NCBI GenBank assembly: GCA_003162415.1
Contig: PMOL01000011.1
Location: 84,701 to 148,700 of the forward strand
Source of the DNA: Candidatus Dormiibacterota bacterium
Lineage (GTDB): Bacteria; Chloroflexota; Dormibacteria; Aeolococcales; Aeolococcaceae
Direction of reading: 5' to 3'
Length of the DNA stretch: 64,000 bases
Positions within the stretch are counted from its first letter, which is position 1. Every line of letters begins with the position of its first letter. The notes under the pieces were generated by a model. It did no database searches. It was not told where the DNA came from and was given only the letters and a program-made list of their open reading frames with translations. This document shows positions 10,165 to 19,622 of the stretch, piece after piece. The position numbers were made by a program, and so were the translations under genes.

Positions 10165-11224
10165 CCTCCTCCGCGTTCATGACGTCGCCAAGGATTTCCC
10201 TGTCAGACGTTCCTGGCGGTCGTGGCTGGGCCGCGAACCGACGCAGAAGCTGCGTGCTATCGACGGTGTCTCTTTGCACCTCGACGTAGGCGAGACGTTG
10301 GGACTCGTCGGTGAGTCGGGCTGCGGGAAAACGACCCTCGGCAGAGTCGTCGCAGGACTTACCCAACCAAGCTCAGGAGTCGTCGAATATGCTGGAGAAG
10401 CGACGAACTCACTCAAGGGCAACGCATACCGCACCTTCAGAAAGGAGGTGCAGATCATCTTTCAGGACCCGTTCTCGTCTCTCGACCCGCATCAAACCGT
10501 CGAGAGCGCCATACGTGAGCCTCTCGATATCCAGGGGGTTGGAACGCGCAGGCAACGACAAGCCCGGGTGCTGGAACTGATGGATCAGGTGGCGCTTCCC
10601 GCCCGCTATGCGAAGCGGCTTCCGCACGAACTGAGCGGTGGTCTTCGGCAGAGAGTCGGCATCGCGAGTGCGCTGGGTCTTGCACCCCGACTTATCGTCG
10701 CAGATGAGCCGACATCAGCACTCGATGCTTCTGTCCAGGCCGAAATTCTCAACCTTCTAGGTGACCTCCAACGCAGCCTGGGCATGTCCTACATTCTCAT
10801 ATCACACAATCTGGACGTCGTTCGTTACCTTAGCCACCGCGTTGCCGTCATGTACCTCGGGCGAGTGGTCGAGTTGGGATCGGCAGATGACGTCTTCGCC
10901 TCCCCGAAGCACCCGTATACCCGCGCGCTGATGGCGGCGGTCCCGCGACCTGACGCCAAGACACCTCTTCGTCCTTTGGCAGTTCGCGGAGAGATCCCAT
11001 CACCAACGGAGATCCCGGGGGGATGTCCATTTCACCCACGCTGCTGGATGGCGCAATCTATTTGCGAAACTGAGGCACCGCCGCTCTATGATTTCGGGGA
11101 CTCGCACTCAGCGCGGTGTCACATCACGGCGCAAGAGGCAGGCGTCGTAAGTGCGCCATCGACTGCGTCACCAGCCAGTGTAGCTCGGGCCCATTCGGCA
11201 CCGGCGCAGTCTGGGCCAAGCTGA
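10148..11224 (+). CDS. ABC transporter ATP-binding protein (DppF/OppF-like)
   Basis: Walker A GESGCGKTT, signature LSGGLRQR, Walker B. The probable GTG start at about 10148 overlaps the preceding stop. Confidence 0.85.
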   Translation: MHRTTSLLRVHDVAKDFPVRRSWRSWLGREPTQKLRAIDGVSLHLDVGETLGLVGESGCGKTTLGRVVAGLTQPSSGVVEYAGEATNSLKGNAYRTFRKEVQIIFQDPFSSLDPHQTVESAIREPLDIQGVGTRRQRQARVLELMDQVALPARYAKRLPHELSGGLRQRVGIASALGLAPRLIVADEPTSALDASVQAEILNLLGDLQRSLGMSYILISHNLDVVRYLSHRVAVMYLGRVVELGSADDVFASPKHPYTRALMAAVPRPDAKTPLRPLAVRGEIPSPTEIPGGCPFHPRCWMAQSICETEAPPLYDFGDSHSARCHITAQEAGVVSAPSTASPASVARAHSAPAQSGPS

Positions 11225-11285
11225 GATGACTGCTCATCGGCAGCGGCCGCTGACCCACTGCGACCGTCTCATTCACGCAGTGTAG

Positions 11286-11292
11286 GGAGGCT
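11286..11292 (+). promoter_or_regulatory. Shine-Dalgarno (GGGAGG) for the GTG-initiated ORF at 11297
   Basis: The motif tagggagg lies 5-8 nt upstream of the GTG. Confidence 0.5.
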
Positions 11293-11296
11293 AAGA

Positions 11297-12604
11297 GTGC
11301 GAAACGCGAAGATAGCAATCTACGGAGGCGGAGGGGCCCCTTACCACCACATCGGAGTCTTCGCACGCGCCGGTCACTCGGTTTCGATCCTCTTTCCATC
11401 AGAGGTAAGGGCAGACATATTGGCCAGCTTCGATGCATTCGTGATTCCCGGCGGCGGGTATGACGGTATGAGAGGCCAGATCGACCCGCTTGGTAAGGAT
11501 GGAGTAGAGGCAATCGCGCAATTCGTCGAAGCGGGTGGAATGTATCTTGGATCGTGCGCTGGTGCTTATGATGCTGCCACACCCGCCGAGGCCTTCCGCC
11601 TCGCGTGCCCCTTGCAGCGGGCCATGACGCTCTCAAACGCAACGGTATGGAATGAGGTCGCGGATCCTTGGTCGGACCTCCAGTCGCCGGGGGTCGGGCG
11701 TCTTCAAGTATTGAACCGGTCCCCCGAGCACCTCATCATGCGTGGAATCCCGTCAGAGTTCGAAATTGTTCATTACAACGGGCCTCTCTTCGAAGGCGCT
11801 GAGTCCTTGTTCTCAATCGGCCACCAAACGGAGGCGTTCACGCCAAGTGAAGGATTCTTTTCGAGCGACTCCGCGATACCGCGCATGATCGACCGAGCTC
11901 GCGAAGGTCGTGTGAGCGGCGGGGTTGTCGAGCGGTTTGGGCGTGGCCGTGCCGTCTTGTTCGGGTCACACCCGGAGTTTGGATTCTCTTTGACCATGGA
12001 TGATGAACAGCTGCCACAGACGATGCTTCTGAATGCCATCGACTGGCAGCTCTTGATTGGACCAGAACCAGTTCCACGATCCGCCACGCTGTGCAGCGAA
12101 ACCGGGTTGGCGCCCACGGATCACGGGGCGATGTTGGAGGCTGCTCTCACAAGTATCCGAGGGCATGTCTCATCACTTCAGCTCAAACCCCTAGATGAGC
12201 AGTGGATTGATGGTCGGTACGCAATGTCAGTGTTTGGCCAGCAACCAAAGGTCATTTGGAGGCAGTCTCTGATGCGAATTACTGAGTTAGCTGAGGAGAT
12301 CGAGCGGCTCGGCCCAGGAGTAAGGTCGAGTACGTTGTCATTCCGGCAACCCGGCGATGGCGTTCTTGACTATGGCTTTCACGGTGTCCTAGCCCTCCTA
12401 CAACAGGTCGACGAGCTGCTTTCGACTGCTGAGGCAACCTGGCATGTGCCGCTAGGCGATTTGTCCGCTGACCCTTACAAATACATCCGGTCGAGTCCTT
12501 ACCATCTCGTGGCTGGTTCATATCTAGCTGCGATAGGTCGCGCCACCGCCGCTGCGATACTCTGCCGCTACGACGCCTGCGACGTCAACCGACCGCTCAC
12601 ATAG
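11297..12604 (+). CDS. BPL-N / class-I glutamine-amidotransferase-like domain protein, function unknown
   Basis: The N-terminus (KIAIYGGGGAPY...FDAFVIPGGGYDGMRG) resembles the biotin-protein-ligase N-terminal, GATase-like fold. It is the last gene of the importer operon. Confidence 0.4.
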   Translation: MRNAKIAIYGGGGAPYHHIGVFARAGHSVSILFPSEVRADILASFDAFVIPGGGYDGMRGQIDPLGKDGVEAIAQFVEAGGMYLGSCAGAYDAATPAEAFRLACPLQRAMTLSNATVWNEVADPWSDLQSPGVGRLQVLNRSPEHLIMRGIPSEFEIVHYNGPLFEGAESLFSIGHQTEAFTPSEGFFSSDSAIPRMIDRAREGRVSGGVVERFGRGRAVLFGSHPEFGFSLTMDDEQLPQTMLLNAIDWQLLIGPEPVPRSATLCSETGLAPTDHGAMLEAALTSIRGHVSSLQLKPLDEQWIDGRYAMSVFGQQPKVIWRQSLMRITELAEEIERLGPGVRSSTLSFRQPGDGVLDYGFHGVLALLQQVDELLSTAEATWHVPLGDLSADPYKYIRSSPYHLVAGSYLAAIGRATAAAILCRYDACDVNRPLT

Positions 12605-12726
12605 CGACGCCAGATTCCTTCACTCGTGGTCGAGAGGCTGTTCGACCGATTCCGAGCCGCCCGGATCGGTTCCGACGTCACGTCCCGCGGGGAGAGCACG
12701 GATCATCCCCGCTATGGAGAGTCAGT

Positions 12727-14097
12727 CTATGGTCTCGGGAAGGGCAGTAGGGAGACAAGGCGCCGAACGTCCGCTGACTCGTCGAGGCTAAGAACCTCTT
12801 CCGCGATGGCCTCATGACGTTGCTCGGGAACTCTCAGTGCCGCGAGGGCATGGTACTTTTCGACAATCTCCGACGGCGCGAGCGGAAGTGCGGGTGTGCC
12901 CCGTGCATCTCTCCGAGATTCCGACCAGCTTGCGCCCCGTCGGGTAATCACCGTTACCTCGCTCGCATAGTGCTGCGGGAATGTGGTGTCGAGTCGGGCA
13001 TCGTGCACCACATTCGTCCGTCGAGCGAGGCGTTCGACTTCCGGCACCTCGCCTTTGTCGAAGATCACGTCGTCGAAGTCAACGGCACCCATGACCGTGG
13101 CTAGCGGAAGAATGTATTGAGCCCGGTGCGATCGGAGAATGTTTCCATCGATCACTGGCGCTCCTGTCGCTGGGAAGCGCAGCTCGATGGCGTGGACGTC
13201 CGCCGAGGTCAAGCCGTGATCGGACATGATAGTCAGCAAGGCGTCAATGCCAGGATGGAGAAATGCGCAGCACGCGTAGCGCTTGATCGTCAACTCCTCG
13301 ATGCTGCGACAGCCGAGAATGTCGCCTTCGAGCAGTTCGAGGTTTCCCCTCCCATTCAGCGACCATGCGGTGAAAGCGTTGTACCGGCTGTCCACGTCGA
13401 ACGTGTCGACTGAAGCGCCAAGGCCATTGGCCGCTAGTAGTCCGGCAGTAATGCCGTTGCGGGCCGCGAGCCCCGCCGTAAAAGGGCGCGACTGTTCCGA
13501 TGGTTCTTGAGTCCATGTCAGCAAGCCCGCGGCCTGGGTTGCAGCTAGTCCGAGTGTCCTGGTGGTCGCCTCAGCATCAAGATGCAGAAGCCGGGCCACC
13601 GCCACCGCCGCTCCGAAACACCCTCCAATCGCAGTCGGGTGGAAGCCCCTGGCGTAAAGGTCATTGGGCCCTATGGCGAGGCTAGTGCGGCAGGCCATCT
13701 CGACGCCCAGAGCTACGGCGTCGATCATCTCAGCGCCAGTTGTCGAGGTCATTGGCGAAATAGCGATTACCGCCGGGACGACCGCAGCCGCAGCGTGCAC
13801 GACAGACGGACCGTGATGGCTCTCGATATCCATCGCGTAAGCGAGGTAACCGTTGACCAAGGCTGCCGTTACGCCATCCGTCCACTCCTCATAGCCAACC
13901 ACGGGCGACGGTCCAGCCCCCCCTTGAGCCTCGATGAATCGCTTCAGGACCTGCGAGCCTGGGAGAGCCGGCCGACTGGCAGCGAGCATCGCGCCCAGGG
14001 TATCGAGAAGTATGAGTTTGGTCTGTTGTTGACCGGACGCCGTCAGGTGGGGATCACCCCCGGACAGGAGCGCTCCAAGGTCGCTGGTGAGGCCCAT
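12727..14097 (-). CDS. MmgE/PrpD family protein (2-methylcitrate dehydratase-like)
   Basis: MmgE/PrpD-like all-helical fold (HHGPSVVHAAAAVVPAVIAIS...). The ORF extends to 14427, but its N-terminal 110 aa is Arg-rich and overlaps the upstream gene. The start is taken as MGLTSDL at 14097. Confidence 0.7.
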   Translation of the reverse strand: MGLTSDLGALLSGGDPHLTASGQQQTKLILLDTLGAMLAASRPALPGSQVLKRFIEAQGGAGPSPVVGYEEWTDGVTAALVNGYLAYAMDIESHHGPSVVHAAAAVVPAVIAISPMTSTTGAEMIDAVALGVEMACRTSLAIGPNDLYARGFHPTAIGGCFGAAVAVARLLHLDAEATTRTLGLAATQAAGLLTWTQEPSEQSRPFTAGLAARNGITAGLLAANGLGASVDTFDVDSRYNAFTAWSLNGRGNLELLEGDILGCRSIEELTIKRYACCAFLHPGIDALLTIMSDHGLTSADVHAIELRFPATGAPVIDGNILRSHRAQYILPLATVMGAVDFDDVIFDKGEVPEVERLARRTNVVHDARLDTTFPQHYASEVTVITRRGASWSESRRDARGTPALPLAPSEIVEKYHALAALRVPEQRHEAIAEEVLSLDESADVRRLVSLLPFPRP

Positions 14098-14102
14098 CTT
14101 CT

Positions 14103-15230
14103 TCAGAACACCGTGGTCTCCGTTCCGACCGATCCATGGGCGGAAGAGAACCGATCGAGCCGCAGGCCGGAGACGTCGAAATCCACGGTAGCACTGCCTG
14201 TGATCAATCCAGCGACAACCTCGCCGGCTGCTGGCGCGTGCATGAAACCGTGCCCGGAGAAGCCTGCGGCGCACCAGACGCCATCCACGCTTGGCACCGG
14301 ACCGAGAAGCGGCATGTCGTCTGGCGTCATCTCTCTGAGCCCGCACCACGCGTTTACCGCGCGAGCCTGTTTCAGAGCTGGAATGCGATGCGTCATCGCT
14401 TCGGCAATGGTCGCCAGGCGATCCCACTCGACGACGGCGTCGTAGCTCGCACCACGATCTCGGTCGCCGCCGCCCAGAAGGACATCATTCGCTTCGGCAT
14501 GGACATAGGTACCTGATCGGACGTCCACGAGAAACGGGAGGTCCCTAGTACCGTCAACCGGTGTGAGCACGAAGACCTGACGAGGATGTGGCTCAATCGG
14601 GAATTCCCAAGCCAACGCTTGATTGAAGCGTGAGGTCCACGCCCCGGTCGCAACGACGAGCTGGTTGCAGTCGATGCGTCCCATGGGCGTGCTCACCCCA
14701 GATATCCGTGAGTTTTCAACGTGCACGTCGGTTACGGCGCAACCCTCTCGAATGTCGACCCCGAGCCGACGGGCGGCGTTCGCGAAGGCCATGGCAGCAT
14801 CCACCGGCGAACCCACGCCATCCAGCGGGCAATATGTTGCTGCAACGAGCCCTTCAACATTGATCGTCGGGTATCGACTATGCAAGTGGGTTGGCGTGAC
14901 AAGCTCAGTCGGAACGCCGAGCGAGTTCTGCATAGCGACACTCTGTTGGAGCGACTCCATTACGGCTTCATCGTCGACGAGAAAGACATACCCGACGCGG
15001 TTGAACGGCACAGGGTAGCCGAGCCGATCCTCGATCGTCGAGTAGAAATCTATCGAACGCTTCGACAGTTGGACGTGGATCCTCTGTGAAAACTGATGCC
15101 GCAGGCCACCGGTGGCCTTTGCGGTAGTCCCGGACGCGATGGACTCTCGCTCGAGTACGACGATGCGTCCGGTTCCGAGACTCGCGAGGTGATATGCGAT
15201 GCTCAGTCCGATGATGCCTGCGCCGATCAC
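14103..15230 (-). CDS. FAD-dependent oxidoreductase (DAO family; sarcosine/opine/D-amino-acid oxidase-like)
   Basis: N-terminal dinucleotide fold (V)IGAGIIGLSIAYHLA and a DAO-type architecture. A GTG start about 9 nt upstream is possible, giving ...DVVVIGAG. Confidence 0.8.
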   Translation of the reverse strand: MIGAGIIGLSIAYHLASLGTGRIVVLERESIASGTTAKATGGLRHQFSQRIHVQLSKRSIDFYSTIEDRLGYPVPFNRVGYVFLVDDEAVMESLQQSVAMQNSLGVPTELVTPTHLHSRYPTINVEGLVAATYCPLDGVGSPVDAAMAFANAARRLGVDIREGCAVTDVHVENSRISGVSTPMGRIDCNQLVVATGAWTSRFNQALAWEFPIEPHPRQVFVLTPVDGTRDLPFLVDVRSGTYVHAEANDVLLGGGDRDRGASYDAVVEWDRLATIAEAMTHRIPALKQARAVNAWCGLREMTPDDMPLLGPVPSVDGVWCAAGFSGHGFMHAPAAGEVVAGLITGSATVDFDVSGLRLDRFSSAHGSVGTETTVF

Positions 15231-15578
15231 GACGACGTCCGCGCCTTCGTGGTGATTAGTCAGGTATGCGCCCTCCGATACCCACGCCGATCACCTTAGC
15301 CCCGATCGTGTCGACTTGAAACGGGGCTGCTGCGCTGACGCGGGATCTGCGCTTGTCATGCAGCGGGACCCCTGGCATAGAGAGCGCGAGATCGCATCAT
15401 CCACAGGCACTAGCGCCGATGTGGCAACTCGCACTACTAGCCCGGCCGGCTCAGCAGGGTCGGATCCGACGCTCCGTTGTGTCTGGGCATCGGTTAGCCC
15501 ACACTCCGATCGGCCATTCAGCTTAGTATACTGTCGTCTGTAGACTGCGGCTAGGGTCCTTGATGATGAAACAAATGT

Positions 15579-16742
15579 TTGCTAACGTCGAACACCGTGC
15601 CGAGGGTGACTTGGGAGCGCGCGTTTTGGTTTCAAGTGTGTTGGTTCAGCCCGACGGGCGAGGGCCCCATAGCCCGCCAGGGAATCGGACCAACGCCAGC
15701 AGAAGATTTGGAGTGCGCGCTCGCCAGCGCGGGAAGAGAACGACGAGTGACCTCGATTGATGACCTTGTAACGTCGGTGAAGCCTGGGACGTCAGATTGG
15801 AGTCTATGGAGGCCGCTCGAGGAGAATGCCGATTCCGAGGTGCCGATCGCTGTTTTGGTCGGAGAGAATCCGGGCCCTACGCTGTGGCTCCAGGGCGCTC
15901 TTCATGGCAACGAGTTCGATGCCGCCGTTGCCACGCAAGCTGCTCTCAGAGAGATTCGATTGGGAGATCTTCGCGGCACGGTGATCGGTTTACCAGTCGT
16001 CAATGGGATCAGCCACCGCGCAGGAACAAGGGTTCTTCCCGGCGATGGCAAGGATCCGAATCGCCAGTTTCCCGGCGACCCCCATGGGACCGACAGTGAG
16101 CGGCTTGCATTCGCACTCAGTTCCGGGCTAGCCAACCACGCAACGTATTTCGTAGACGTTCACTCGTCGACGGAGACATTCCTTGGTATCGACCACACAA
16201 TCTACTTGGTGGCGGACGATCCGACTGCGACACTCTCCAGGCAAATGGCGCAGGCGTCAGGCACCGCGGTGATGTGGGAAAGTACAGGTGGCTGGCTTCA
16301 AGGCTCCTCATATATTTGGGCGGCCAACCGCGGTATCCCCAGCATCCTGCTGGATGTAGGTGAAATCGGAGAGTCCAGTCAGGTGGCGCATGCAGCGTCC
16401 GGTTTGCTTGGAGTTCTGAGAGCGCTCGAGATGCTGCCACGTGATTCCGTGGCTAGTCAGCGCGAGTTCCTCACCGTCCGCGATCCTGAGTGGATACGGG
16501 CTCAAGCACCAGGTCTCCTGACACACTCGGTGGGTATCGGGGCCGAGGTGCACGAGGGCACCACACTCTTCCGGGTACTGGATCTCGACGGCCAAGAGCT
16601 TCAAACGGCGTCCTGTCCGTTCAACGACGGCGTTGTCGTCACCATTCGGCGCCCGCATCAGGCTCACGTAGATGAGGACGTTGTGTCGATTGGGCGACGC
16701 GTGAGATCGTCGACATCGGACTTTCCTGCCATCAGCCGCTAG
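15579..16742 (+). CDS. succinylglutamate desuccinylase/aspartoacylase (AstE/AspA, M14-like) family deacylase; DoeB-like
   Basis: Contains motifs of this zinc deacylase family (LWLQGALHGNEFDA, NRQFPG). The real start is probably downstream of 15579. Confidence 0.7.
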   Translation: MLTSNTVPRVTWERAFWFQVCWFSPTGEGPIARQGIGPTPAEDLECALASAGRERRVTSIDDLVTSVKPGTSDWSLWRPLEENADSEVPIAVLVGENPGPTLWLQGALHGNEFDAAVATQAALREIRLGDLRGTVIGLPVVNGISHRAGTRVLPGDGKDPNRQFPGDPHGTDSERLAFALSSGLANHATYFVDVHSSTETFLGIDHTIYLVADDPTATLSRQMAQASGTAVMWESTGGWLQGSSYIWAANRGIPSILLDVGEIGESSQVAHAASGLLGVLRALEMLPRDSVASQREFLTVRDPEWIRAQAPGLLTHSVGIGAEVHEGTTLFRVLDLDGQELQTASCPFNDGVVVTIRRPHQAHVDEDVVSIGRRVRSSTSDFPAISR

Positions 16743-16759
16743 ATGTTCGATAGCCCCCC

Positions 16760-17941
16760 TTGAATGCCGACCTCACTGCCCGACTGAGCTCGATAGCCGA
16801 GACCATGCAACGGCTCGGGTGGGCGGCACTAGTCGTCACTTCCCCCGAGGCCGTGCAGTACTTCAGCGGTGCTTTGATCCACACGCAAGCACTCATTCGC
16901 CGTCGCCAGGCAGCGGTCGTGATTACTCAGGACTCCAAGGCCGTGCTAATAGTGGCGGCTATTGAGCGGGCACTGGCAGCACGCATGAGTTTGCTTGAGT
17001 CGCTCGAGACGTATGACGAGTTCGAGTCCTCGGTGTGCGCGGCGGCCGGGGCCATATTGCGGTTGCGGATGGATGCTCACGCCACCGTTGCCGTCGAAAA
17101 GACGCACCTACCAGCACTCGACTTCGAATGTCTCGCTTCACTCCTCCCGCTCGCAACTTTCGTGGCCGGCGACAACATCCTCGCCGAGATGCGCATCGCA
17201 AAAACGGCGGATGAGCTCGATGCCGTTGCCTTTGTTGCCTCCGTGATGGATGCTGCAATCGGCGCTGCCGTCGGTCGGGCTAGAGCAGGGTCGACGGAGA
17301 TCGCCCTGGCCAACGACATCACCTGTACTGCCCTGCAACTCGGGGGCGGCCGGATACGCGGTGCCACCGGGCTGGTGGCTGCCGGACCTAACCTGCGAGT
17401 CTCACATCATGTCGCTGGATCTTCGCCGATCAATCCGGGTGACGTACTTCGTGTGGGCTGTCGCGCCACGTGCGATGGTTATCATGGGCTGGTTGCGCGC
17501 ACTGCGGCAGTTGGGGAGCCGTCCCCTCCCGTCGCACGACGGTATGCCGCACTAGTCGAGGCGCATCGAGACCTTCGCGCCTCGCTCGATGTCGGGGTTA
17601 GTGCAGGTGACGTCTACACTCGAGCATCGCACAGACGACGTTCACTCGGCCTAACGCTCGAGACATCTCATGTAGGTCACGGAATCGGATTGGAGTTTCA
17701 GGAACCACCCAGGCTACGAAAGGGCTCGACAGACACTCTGATGCAGGATTCAACCTTGATGGCGGTGAGTGTTCTGAACGATCCTGATGTTGGCCATCTC
17801 TATATCGAGGACATGGTGGCCATTCGTCCGGGCGGCAGCGTTCTCCTGACCAGTGCGACCCCAACCGACTCCATCCTGAATGTGTTAATGGCCACTCACC
17901 CCACTCCAGCCGCTGGTGCGACCGGGTCTTCGGCGCGTTAG
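16760..17941 (+). CDS. M24 family metallohydrolase (creatinase/prolidase fold; ectoine-hydrolase DoeA-like)
   Basis: Creatinase_N-like N-terminus plus a pita-bread M24 domain (HHVAGSS...D...HGIGLEFQE...IEDMVAI). It lies 18 nt downstream of the deacylase. Confidence 0.75.
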   Translation: MNADLTARLSSIAETMQRLGWAALVVTSPEAVQYFSGALIHTQALIRRRQAAVVITQDSKAVLIVAAIERALAARMSLLESLETYDEFESSVCAAAGAILRLRMDAHATVAVEKTHLPALDFECLASLLPLATFVAGDNILAEMRIAKTADELDAVAFVASVMDAAIGAAVGRARAGSTEIALANDITCTALQLGGGRIRGATGLVAAGPNLRVSHHVAGSSPINPGDVLRVGCRATCDGYHGLVARTAAVGEPSPPVARRYAALVEAHRDLRASLDVGVSAGDVYTRASHRRRSLGLTLETSHVGHGIGLEFQEPPRLRKGSTDTLMQDSTLMAVSVLNDPDVGHLYIEDMVAIRPGGSVLLTSATPTDSILNVLMATHPTPAAGATGSSAR

Positions 17942-17973
17942 ATCGAAGCTCCAGCGACGCTATCCACCACCAT

Positions 17974-17983
17974 AAGGGAGGAA
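17974..17983 (+). promoter_or_regulatory. Shine-Dalgarno (AAGGGAGGAA) for the TTG-initiated ORF at 17991
   Basis: Strong purine-rich SD 8-10 nt upstream of the TTG. Confidence 0.5.
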
Positions 17984-17990
17984 CGAGGAA

Positions 17991-19595
17991 TTGTCGAATC
18001 CTACGGTTTCCGAGGCGCTTGGACAGGAACTACAGTCCGTAGGCGTCGATCGTGTCTTCGGCCTTCCGGGTGGCGAGGTTTTGGACCTTATTGATGCCCT
18101 GCGCCGATGCGACATCGAGTTCGCACTCTGTCGCCACGAGGCGAATGCAGGAATCATCGCCGCTGTCTATGGAAAACTCAAGAGAACGGTAGGAGTCGTG
18201 CTGACCACACTAGGGCCCGGCGCCTCGAACTTGATGCTTCCGATAGCAAGCAGTCTGCTGGATCGCGAACCGCTGCTCGCTATTGCTGCGCAGGTTCCTA
18301 CGAGCTGGCCCGCTGAGCGCACACATCAGCGACTGCCGCTTGTTGAGTCCTTCCGTCCTTTGACAAAACTTTCAGGGTCACTCCACGCGCTCAACTGTCG
18401 GAGCCTCCTCCGCACCGCCGTCGCCGCGGCAACATCGGAACCACAAGGCCCGGCGTTCCTGACGTTATCTTCGGACGACGCCCGTTCGGTGGCTCAGGAA
18501 GCTGATCCCGGAGTTCGGCCCGCTCTCCTCAATCCCGTTACCCTGCGGCCAGCCGGCGAAGTGGCCGACGAGTTGACCCGCATCATTGGGGAGGCGCAGC
18601 ACCCGCTCATCATCGTTGGCCTCGGGACACGGGCCGAGGTAAGCGAGCCACTACGCCGATGGATTGATGAGTGGCGACTACCGGTTGTTGTCACCCCAAA
18701 GGTTAAGGGCATCATCGATGAACGCTCGCCGCACTTCATCGGCGTTGTGAGCGGGATGGCGATCGATGCGCTGATGGTTGAGGCAATCAGGGAAAGCGAC
18801 TGCGTGGTTGGCTTTGGCCTGGACCCCGTGGAGATTGATGGCTCGTGGCACATGGAGGTTCCGATGACCTGGGTTCTCGAGTCTCCTTGGGCCACTGGCT
18901 TGGCACCGAGGACCGGGCTTTTAGCGGTTGATCATGATCAGCTGCTGGCAGCTATGGCGAAGACACCTCCGAGACATTGGGACTCGGTGTTCGAACACGC
19001 ACGTGCGCGCCGGCAGATCTTTCTCGAGGACACGCCAACGCTCGATCCACATCCAACGCCGACCTCTCTTGTGAGGACTCTGATGAGTGCCGTTCCAGCC
19101 GAGACGATCGTGGTCACTGATGTCGGGTCCCACAAATGCCTCTTCGGTCAATTCTGGGAGAGTCGCTTTCCGGAGACGTTCTTCATGTCCAACGGTCTCT
19201 CCGGAATGGGCTATGGACTCTCGGCGGCCATCGGCGCCAGTCTTGCTCGTCCCGAGGCTCCCGTCCTCACCATCCTCGGTGACGGTGGCTTTTCGATGAA
19301 CAGCCAAGAGCTCGAGACTGCCAAACGCCTTGGTGCACACTTCGTCACCGTTGTTGTCGCTGACCAGTCGTATTCCTTGATTCGTCATTCTCAACGGTCC
19401 AGAGGTCTAGACCGGTATGGCGTCGACTTCGCTCCGATCGACAGCGTCGCAACCGCTGCGGCCTGTGGAATTCGCGCGATTCGCGTCGAAGGGCTCGATA
19501 TGCTCGCAAGGCCAGTCGGCGAGGCTATTCGCGGCGGCGAGTCGCTGCTCGTTGAGGTGCCACTCGACCCAGACAGCTACCGCGGAATACTGTAG
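17991..19595 (+). CDS. thiamine-pyrophosphate-dependent enzyme (acetolactate synthase large-subunit-like)
   Basis: TPP_enzyme N, M and C domains with the GDGGF TPP-binding motif. Confidence 0.8.
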   Translation: MSNPTVSEALGQELQSVGVDRVFGLPGGEVLDLIDALRRCDIEFALCRHEANAGIIAAVYGKLKRTVGVVLTTLGPGASNLMLPIASSLLDREPLLAIAAQVPTSWPAERTHQRLPLVESFRPLTKLSGSLHALNCRSLLRTAVAAATSEPQGPAFLTLSSDDARSVAQEADPGVRPALLNPVTLRPAGEVADELTRIIGEAQHPLIIVGLGTRAEVSEPLRRWIDEWRLPVVVTPKVKGIIDERSPHFIGVVSGMAIDALMVEAIRESDCVVGFGLDPVEIDGSWHMEVPMTWVLESPWATGLAPRTGLLAVDHDQLLAAMAKTPPRHWDSVFEHARARRQIFLEDTPTLDPHPTPTSLVRTLMSAVPAETIVVTDVGSHKCLFGQFWESRFPETFFMSNGLSGMGYGLSAAIGASLARPEAPVLTILGDGGFSMNSQELETAKRLGAHFVTVVVADQSYSLIRHSQRSRGLDRYGVDFAPIDSVATAAACGIRAIRVEGLDMLARPVGEAIRGGESLLVEVPLDPDSYRGIL

Positions 19596-19622
19596 TTCGA
19601 CTATAGGAGGTAATGCGCAACC

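Noticed and set aside
12727-14427. Full 566-aa extent of the MmgE/PrpD ORF
   Set aside because: The N-terminal 110 residues are Arg-rich junk overlapping the upstream oxidase gene. The start was trimmed to the Met at 14097.
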